DNA from: Candidatus Wirthbacteria bacterium
GTDB lineage: Bacteria; Patescibacteriota; CG2-30-54-11
Reading direction: 5' to 3'
Assembly: GCA_903889905.1 (NCBI GenBank)
Contig: CAISZI010000010.1
Span: forward strand, 1,464-65,463
Length of the DNA stretch: 64,000 nucleotides
Each line of letters starts with the position of its first letter. Position 1 is the first letter of the stretch. A program made the position numbers and the translations under genes. Positions 55,460-64,000 of this stretch are shown piece by piece. The notes beneath the pieces are model-generated. The model was not told where the DNA came from, did not search any database, and saw only the letters and a list, made by a program, of their open reading frames with translations.

Positions 55460-57406
55460 ATGAAGCTTTCCCTTCGGTTTAAAACAGTCCAACCCATTGG
55501 GACCATCAGCCTGCTTTTGTTGCTGGTGATTGGAGTGTTGACTCTGGCAGCGTTGCAAGCCAGTGCGGCAGCTCCCGTGGGCAACCAGCGTCTGATCAAT
55601 TATCAGGGTCGGCTGCGAGATAAAGCAACCGGGGAGCTTGTCAGTGGCTCCAGGTTTATGATCTTTTCCGTCTACAAAAATGGATCCGGGACCGCCATCG
55701 AAAAATATCCTGCCATTGGTGCCATCGCCGTTACGGTCAACAACGGCGTGTTTGGCGTGGCCATTCCGATCAGTAATTTGAACGAGCCAGCAAGTGTAAT
55801 ATCGGATACCAATTTTGACTGGTCAGCGACCTGGGGTATCGGGGTGGCGGTCTGCACCACGGTAGCGGCTACGTCGTGTGATACGTTTCCAACGCAATCG
55901 TTGGCGTCGGTGCCAACGTCACTGAATGCCGACATGCTGGATGGGCACCACTGGAGTGAAGTGGCGGCGCTCGCGGGCGGGAATTTTATCCAAAATCAAA
56001 ATGCAGCAGAGCAGACCGCGAATTTCTGGATCAGCGGGGATGGCCATGCCGGCAGTTTGACCGTAGATGGGACCGGCGCTAACTGGATTTTGAGCAATAC
56101 GGCCTGGGGAGGGAGTGGTCCGGGGTTGGTGTTTGGCGGCGGTGATGGCACTTTTGGCATCGGGGCCGCTACCGGACGCATGAATCTGCTGATTGATGGT
56201 GCTTTTAGGCAGAATGAGGTGGCGAGCACACCCAACTGGTTTTATGACAGCGTTGGTGTTGGGACGACCAATCCTCTGGCCAAGCTCGATGTGGTGGGGA
56301 CGCTGGCGCTTGGGACCGGGGCGACGGTTGCCCCCACCATGGGGACTAACGCCATCACCATTCGTGGCAGTACCAGCAATTACAATTTGAATGTGCAAGA
56401 CGGCGCGGGGCGGGTCAATTATCTCTGGAATGCCTCGGCTGGCAATGGCACCTACCTGGTTGCCAATGAACCGGCGACGCGTTTTGTCGAAGGGGTGAAC
56501 GCGGTCGGGGCAACGTTTGATTTTTATGGCGCGGCAGCGGGAACGGCGGGAGCTGCAATTGCCTGGACACAGATGGGACATATCAGCAGCAACGATCAGA
56601 TTTGGTTCAGCCCGCGTGGTACCAGTTCGGATTTGTTTGTTGCCAATACCGGCAATGTCGGCATCGGAACGACGGCACCGACAACCAAACTTGAAGTGCA
56701 TGCGGTTAACACACAGGCGATCAGTATCCTCAGTGACGGCGCCACTAACTGGGCCAGTCTGGCCCTGGGGCGGACTGGAGTGGAAGCCGAAATGGGCGTT
56801 GCCGGGGGTGCGGGTTATTTTAGTAATGGGGCGGTGGCCACGGATCTGGTGATCCGAAACAATACGACCACGGGCCGGATTATTTTTACGACCAATGCGG
56901 GAGCTGTGACGCCGCGTGCCCGGATCGAAACCAATGGCGATTTTCATATTGCCGGTACGTATTTCTGCAATGGCGCCGACCTGGCCGAAGGCACACCCGC
57001 CGTGGAAAAACTGCTGGCCGGCGACGTGGTTTCACTGGATGAGGTGCAGGAAGGCAAATTGCGTCGCAGCCAAAGTGCTTATGAAACCAATGTGGCTGGC
57101 GTTGTTTCCACGGACCCGGGGATGAAGCTGGGCGAAAATGCTGTGCAAGGGAATGTTGATTCCACCAGTCAAATTCAAATCGACGGCGTTTACCTGGCTT
57201 TGGCTGGACGTGTGCCAGTCAAGGCCACCACCGCAAACGGGCCGATCAAAGTTGGGGATTTGCTGGTGACCTCGGGCAAAGCGGGTTATGCCATGCGTGG
57301 CGATCGGCTCAAAATTGCGCTGACCCCTGGCGTGGTGCTGGGCAAGGCCATGCAGAGCTTGAAGTCTGGTGAGGGCACAGTATTAATGCTGGTGAATTTA
57401 CGTTAA
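55460..57406 (+). CDS. Shorter paralogous adhesin
   Basis: Same N-domain (INYQGRLRDK.TGEL, DMLDGHHWS) and C-domain (ADLAE..GRVPVK..GDLLVTS..LGKAM); no S74 motif. Confidence 0.85.
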   Translation: MKLSLRFKTVQPIGTISLLLLLVIGVLTLAALQASAAAPVGNQRLINYQGRLRDKATGELVSGSRFMIFSVYKNGSGTAIEKYPAIGAIAVTVNNGVFGVAIPISNLNEPASVISDTNFDWSATWGIGVAVCTTVAATSCDTFPTQSLASVPTSLNADMLDGHHWSEVAALAGGNFIQNQNAAEQTANFWISGDGHAGSLTVDGTGANWILSNTAWGGSGPGLVFGGGDGTFGIGAATGRMNLLIDGAFRQNEVASTPNWFYDSVGVGTTNPLAKLDVVGTLALGTGATVAPTMGTNAITIRGSTSNYNLNVQDGAGRVNYLWNASAGNGTYLVANEPATRFVEGVNAVGATFDFYGAAAGTAGAAIAWTQMGHISSNDQIWFSPRGTSSDLFVANTGNVGIGTTAPTTKLEVHAVNTQAISILSDGATNWASLALGRTGVEAEMGVAGGAGYFSNGAVATDLVIRNNTTTGRIIFTTNAGAVTPRARIETNGDFHIAGTYFCNGADLAEGTPAVEKLLAGDVVSLDEVQEGKLRRSQSAYETNVAGVVSTDPGMKLGENAVQGNVDSTSQIQIDGVYLALAGRVPVKATTANGPIKVGDLLVTSGKAGYAMRGDRLKIALTPGVVLGKAMQSLKSGEGTVLMLVNLR

Positions 57407-59214
57407 TGGTCAAATCTATGCTTAACAAAAAAATTGGTCAAATGGGTGGCGTGTTGATGGTGGCGATGTTGATCGCGGCACCCGTGCTGGCAGCCACTTC
57501 AACCCCTGGCAATAAATATGTGCTGGACGACTCCAGCACCAGCGTCGATGGCGGGGGCAGTCAGATCCTGGCGCCAGATCCGTTCACCGGTCTGCAACAA
57601 GGTGGTTACGGACAGGCAGCATTGGGGCAGACCCGCTCGGATGCAGCAACCAGCGCCGCTAACAAATACGAACTTGATAGCGGTTATCTGTATTTTGATG
57701 ATCAGGCGCCGATTTTTCCAACCGCCATCACCTCCACCCCGACCTTCATGTATTGGGTGCAGAATGCCAGTTCCACGGCGGGTGTGTTTTATATGAACGT
57801 CAAAGAAGATGTTTTGCCACTTGCCGCGACGGAAACCGCTTATCAGCTTCGTTCCGGGCTGGATTTGACCAAAATTTATTACCGTATTTCTCCTGGACTT
57901 TCGGGCCTGTCTGGTGCAGAAGGTTGTACGGGTGATGGTCGCGACAATACCTGGGGTTATTCGACGGGGACAGCGTGGAACAGTCTTCCCAGCAGCTGTC
58001 AAACCAATCCATTGGCCTGGCAACCGGTTGCACCTGGGCCTACACCCAACAATTACACCAGAGGGTCTTTGGCTTTATGTAATGCGTCGGGTCTAAACAG
58101 TTGTATCACCGAGACGGATAGTACCAAAGGCGATCTCATCAGCTATGCCGGGGATGCCAATGCACCATCGAACAGCCCCAATGCCGAAACGATTCGAATC
58201 AATGCCGACTTTAGTCGTTTTTCCCGTTTGGGCGCGGTGCCGGCCGGGACCATCGATGCCACGCTGAACAAAATGACCGGCAATTCCGTGGTGCAGTTCA
58301 AAGCCGTGGACAAAGCTGGCAATGTGACTTTCAGTACGGTGGTCAAAACCACGCCCTGGCTCAAAACCGAACAAGGGGATGTCAATTCTGACAATGGCGT
58401 GATTATGTTTGGTGCCACCAATGGCAACCACAATGTGGCTTACGTGCTTGCTGCCGGCGGCCCGATTTCCAACTTTGACAGCAACAGCAACTGGGTGCTG
58501 CAAAACATGAGCAGCGACCTCAGTTACCCCAATCCCAGTTCGCTCGTACCCAATCCAGCGTTTATCGCGGCCGTGCCGTGGCGGGATGTGGATTATGCAA
58601 CACTGATAGCCAAAGCGCAGACGACCAACCTGGGTGGTTTTTTAAACAACTTTGAAACGTCGGCCGGTTCGCCCCAGACTTTTGTCGCCGACGGGGTTTA
58701 TTACGCGCCGACAGGGTTGACCATCAATGCCTCACCGTCGGGTTACTACACCGGGGTGCAAAATCAGCAAAGCGCGACGATTGTAGTGGATGGGGATCTC
58801 AACGTACTGGGTAACTTTGTGTTGCAAAACGGCGGCTATCTTGCCTTTCTGGTGCGCGGCAACATTACCATCGCCGGTACGGTGAACAAGATGAACGGCA
58901 CCTACCTTGCGGATTACAAAAGCGGGTATTTTGGTACCAGTGACCAGATCCAAAAAAATGCTGCCATGGCCAATACCGGCGTCATCAATACCGGGGATGA
59001 TTCTGGCAGCCCGACGCAACTGGTTGTGTTGGGTCAGTTGATTGCCCGCGCCGGATTTGTCTTTAATCGTGTCTTTATTTATGATCCTGTTTCTGGCACC
59101 AATGGGCCGGCCGAACGGATTGTGTTTGATCCGCAGATTGTGCTGAATACGCCGCCAGGGCTCAAGGATGTGCCAGGGCTGGGTGCCTGGACCGAAGTCC
59201 GTCCCGGCCAATAA
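57406..59214 (+). CDS. Secreted pilus-associated protein (CPR PilX-like C-terminal beta domain)
   Basis: Signal peptide; PWLKTEQGDV, VVDGDLNV, LVRGNITI, QLVVLGQL, PAERIVFDP..PPGL. Confidence 0.6.
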   Translation: MVKSMLNKKIGQMGGVLMVAMLIAAPVLAATSTPGNKYVLDDSSTSVDGGGSQILAPDPFTGLQQGGYGQAALGQTRSDAATSAANKYELDSGYLYFDDQAPIFPTAITSTPTFMYWVQNASSTAGVFYMNVKEDVLPLAATETAYQLRSGLDLTKIYYRISPGLSGLSGAEGCTGDGRDNTWGYSTGTAWNSLPSSCQTNPLAWQPVAPGPTPNNYTRGSLALCNASGLNSCITETDSTKGDLISYAGDANAPSNSPNAETIRINADFSRFSRLGAVPAGTIDATLNKMTGNSVVQFKAVDKAGNVTFSTVVKTTPWLKTEQGDVNSDNGVIMFGATNGNHNVAYVLAAGGPISNFDSNSNWVLQNMSSDLSYPNPSSLVPNPAFIAAVPWRDVDYATLIAKAQTTNLGGFLNNFETSAGSPQTFVADGVYYAPTGLTINASPSGYYTGVQNQQSATIVVDGDLNVLGNFVLQNGGYLAFLVRGNITIAGTVNKMNGTYLADYKSGYFGTSDQIQKNAAMANTGVINTGDDSGSPTQLVVLGQLIARAGFVFNRVFIYDPVSGTNGPAERIVFDPQIVLNTPPGLKDVPGLGAWTEVRPGQ

Positions 59215-59238
59215 TTATTTTGATCTTGAGGAGAACGC

Positions 59239-59916
59239 ATGGCTGTACCCAAATCCGTTGAGAGGAGTCCTGTGCCAAAACCAAAGTTTCACCACCGCGT
59301 CAGATACTGTGTCGTGGCGATGTTATTCCCCTGTCTTGTTTTTGTCTGTGGTTTTTTGGCCGGACATTTTTCGACTTCGACCGTGAAGGGATCGCCACTT
59401 GGGCTGATCGACTCTGCGGTTTACTCCTCGGCCAACGCCGTGCTGCAGGGAAGCGTCAAGTCGATTGCGGGAAACACATTGGTGCTGACACGTGCCAATC
59501 AGGAATTGCAGTTAACTTTGTCGGCTGAAGAAACCAAAAAGATTGTCTTAAATGCCCGCGTTATGGCCAGCGCCACGGATCAGAAAACCTGGACCGATTA
59601 TCAGCAGGCTGTGACCGACTACAACCTGGCCATGAACACATACCTGGCCCAACAGAAACCAACTGACGCCTTTGCCAAAACGGTTGGCGTTGCCCCAACA
59701 CCGCCGGTTGTGCCTGCCTTTACGATCGAGACGATCAGCGACGCCAGCCAGAATGCCATCAGTCCCAAGATCAAAGTAATCAAGGCCAGCACGCGCGTGG
59801 TGGGCCTGAGTGAGGTGAGAGCTGGGGACAGCTTACAAATTTCCCTGTCCAAAAGTGCGACCGGAACGGGACTGGGTATCGACCAGATGATCGTGACCAG
59901 GGATACGACGGAATAG
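59239..59916 (+). CDS. Membrane-anchored hypothetical protein
   Basis: GAGGAG RBS, one TM helix, GSVKSIAGNTLVL ... LSEVRAGDSL. Confidence 0.7.
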   Translation: MAVPKSVERSPVPKPKFHHRVRYCVVAMLFPCLVFVCGFLAGHFSTSTVKGSPLGLIDSAVYSSANAVLQGSVKSIAGNTLVLTRANQELQLTLSAEETKKIVLNARVMASATDQKTWTDYQQAVTDYNLAMNTYLAQQKPTDAFAKTVGVAPTPPVVPAFTIETISDASQNAISPKIKVIKASTRVVGLSEVRAGDSLQISLSKSATGTGLGIDQMIVTRDTTE

Positions 59917-59979
59917 CGCTACTTTGCGTCCACGCGGGATTTCGCCTATCATAGTGACACTATTTCTAAGCGAGGCCGC

Positions 59980-61014
59980 ATGGACGTGATTGCATTGGAA
60001 GCGTGGTTCAAAAGTCACAAGCTTCCTCCGTTTCGACTCAAACAGGTTAATGACTGGGTGTACAGGGCTGGCGTGACGGATTTTGCGCTGATGAGTAATT
60101 TGCCGCAGGAACACCGTGACCAGCTTGCCAAAGAATTTTCAATTCTCAGTTTTGTGCCAGGCAAAAACCAGGACAGCAAAGACAACCAGACGACCAAAAT
60201 TGCCCTCAAGCTCCGCGATGGTGCGCTGATTGAAATGGTGCTGATGCGTCATCTCACGGGCCGCAAGTCCGTTTGCATCTCATCACAGACGGGCTGTTCG
60301 ATCGGTTGTGCGTTTTGCGCCACTGGTCAGAAGATCGGTAATGGCCGCAATCTCACAGCCGAAGAAATGGTGGATCAGGTGGTGTGGGCGAGACACCTAT
60401 TGATGCTGGAAAATCCCGGGAGTATCGAACCTTACCCCAACAATGTGGTGATGATGGGCATGGGCGAGCCGTTTGTCAATTACGACAACGTCATGCAGGC
60501 GATCAAGACGATTCAGGATCGCATGCAAATCGGCGGGCGGCGACTGACGGTTTCGACGTCTGGCGTGGCGCCGCGGATTGTGGATTTCGCCAAAGCTGAC
60601 ATGCAGGTCAACCTGGCCGTTTCTTTGCACGCAGCCACTGACAAAATGCGCGACCTGCTGGTGCCGCTCAATCAGCACTATCCGCTCGCAGCCCTCAAAC
60701 TGGCGGTGCTGGAGTATATGCGACTCGTGAAACGTAAAGTTTTCTTCGAATATGTCATGCTGGATGGCATCAACGATACCGAGGAAGCTCTGGCTGATTT
60801 GATCAAATGGTTGCCACATACCCTGTCGCATGTCAATTTGATTCCCTACAACGAAGTCTCGGGTACGCCTTTCCGTCCCTCGCGCGAGGCACAATTGCAG
60901 TATTTTCATGACGCCTTGGAAAAAGCTGGAGTGCCAGTCACTGTTCGCCATACCATGGGCGACGATGTGCAGGCCGCCTGCGGACAGCTTGCGGCGGGTG
61001 CGCGGCGACGCTAA
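59980..61014 (+). CDS. rlmN: Dual-specificity RNA methyltransferase RlmN
   Basis: CISSQTGCSIGCAFCATG, MGMGEP, SLHA, NLIPYN, AACGQL. Confidence 0.96.
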   Translation: MDVIALEAWFKSHKLPPFRLKQVNDWVYRAGVTDFALMSNLPQEHRDQLAKEFSILSFVPGKNQDSKDNQTTKIALKLRDGALIEMVLMRHLTGRKSVCISSQTGCSIGCAFCATGQKIGNGRNLTAEEMVDQVVWARHLLMLENPGSIEPYPNNVVMMGMGEPFVNYDNVMQAIKTIQDRMQIGGRRLTVSTSGVAPRIVDFAKADMQVNLAVSLHAATDKMRDLLVPLNQHYPLAALKLAVLEYMRLVKRKVFFEYVMLDGINDTEEALADLIKWLPHTLSHVNLIPYNEVSGTPFRPSREAQLQYFHDALEKAGVPVTVRHTMGDDVQAACGQLAAGARRR

Positions 61015-61026
61015 TTACCCCCTACA

Positions 61027-61106
61027 TATTCATCCCCCCGCTAAGGCAGGGGGATGAATAGGATTTTCCCTCCCCTGTGTTTCACGGGGGAGGGCTGGGT
61101 GGGGGT
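61027..61106. repeat. Hairpin plus C/G-run element
   Basis: TATTCATCCCCC...GGGGGATGAATA, then CCCTCCCCTGTGTTTCACGGGGGAGGG-CTGGGTGGGGGT. Confidence 0.65.
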
Positions 61107-61136
61107 AAATCCCAGAATTATATCTGAGGTTTCTTC

Positions 61137-61934
61137 ATGTCCGAACCAAAGTTGTTTACTTCGTATTCCGATCTTGACGTATTCCTGCGGCTTTTTGTTG
61201 ATCGGGTCCGGGTGCTTCTGGGCGAATGCCTTGTGGGCATTTACCTGCATGGGTCGCTCGCGTTGGGGGATTTTGAGGCGCAAACAAGTGATATTGATTT
61301 TGTCGTGGTGACGAAGGAAGAGCTTTCGGCAGCGGATTATTTAAAAATGCAAAGCATGCATGCCGCGCTTTTGCGGTATCCCTCTCCTTGGGCCACGAAG
61401 CTAGAAGGTGCGTATATTCCCAAAGACGCTTTCCGTCGGCATGACTCCAAACATGCCACTCATCCCTGGCTCGGGTCAGATGGGCATTTTGCAGTAGAAC
61501 ACCTCTCTAGCGACTGGGTTTTGCAACGGCATGTCCTGCGAACCAAAGGGATTGTTTTGGTTGGACCACCTTTGTCTGATTTGATTGATGTGGTGACAAT
61601 GAATGACATTAAACAGGCTTGTCGGGATTTGATGCGATCATGGTGGACGCCACCGTTTGCTTCGCCGGAGCGGTTTGAGGCTGCAGCTTATCAACGGTAT
61701 ACGGTGCTGACCATGTGTCGGATGCTGGTGACCCAGGCCACAGGGGAAGTCGTCTCCAAACCGGTCGCCGCCAGGTGGTGTCTGGAGCACGCGGACAAAC
61801 AATGGCAAGCACTGATTGGTTGGGCGGTTGCCAAAGAGTTTGATGCGAGCAAGGACCGAAAAAAAGAGGCATTGGATTTTATCCGGTTTGTGGCAGCACG
61901 CATGAATTTGGACAAAATAATTGCGGTGTCGTGA
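61137..61934 (+). CDS. Aminoglycoside adenylyltransferase-like nucleotidyltransferase (DUF4111-type)
   Basis: GIYLHGSLALGDF...SDIDF, LEGAY, YTVLTMCR..TGEVVSKPVAARW. Confidence 0.85.
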   Translation: MSEPKLFTSYSDLDVFLRLFVDRVRVLLGECLVGIYLHGSLALGDFEAQTSDIDFVVVTKEELSAADYLKMQSMHAALLRYPSPWATKLEGAYIPKDAFRRHDSKHATHPWLGSDGHFAVEHLSSDWVLQRHVLRTKGIVLVGPPLSDLIDVVTMNDIKQACRDLMRSWWTPPFASPERFEAAAYQRYTVLTMCRMLVTQATGEVVSKPVAARWCLEHADKQWQALIGWAVAKEFDASKDRKKEALDFIRFVAARMNLDKIIAVS

Positions 61935-61968
61935 GATTGCGATAGAATAGGGATGGTTCGTATTTTTT

Positions 61969-64000
<2,032 letters not shown>

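Noticed and set aside
55919-56947. 342-aa minus-strand ORF
   Set aside because: Antisense to the adhesin gene.
49967-57406. Prophage tail region or diversity-generating retroelement
   Set aside because: The proteins have signal peptides. No capsid, terminase, integrase or reverse transcriptase is present, and no adenine-specific TR/VR pair was seen.

Overview
Bacterial chromosomal segment, most consistent with a Patescibacteria/CPR genome. Evidence: CPR-type pilin plus VirB6-like membrane protein plus solute-binding protein, PilX-like genes, a mevalonate pathway, and many palindromic intergenic repeats; TGA is used as a stop codon. Housekeeping genes (murE, tsaD, rlmB, rpsP-khpA-trmD, rlmN, partial ligA, an aminotransferase, a flippase and glycosyltransferases) alternate with accessory blocks. 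The best candidate for an undescribed system is 11.9-22.4 kb. There, AT-rich putative small-molecule synthase genes (SAM methyltransferase, an internally duplicated GNAT-like protein, a class I terpene-synthase-like protein) sit directly in front of paralogous histidine kinases whose sensor heads share the AT-rich composition and are fused to GC-richer kinase cores. This suggests swappable signal-synthase/sensor cassettes (inference). Other highlights: a mevalonate cluster with isopentenyl phosphate kinase and a motif-dead phosphomevalonate kinase; tail-fibre-like GNVGIGT adhesins in a pilus locus and next to an M23 peptidase/lipoprotein pair; paired parS-like palindromes; nested REP-like elements, one of them in frame inside ligA; and G-rich/C-rich flanks around variable cassettes. 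No rRNA, tRNA, CRISPR array, transposase, integrase or reverse transcriptase was recognised. All family calls come from reading motifs by eye, not from database searches.
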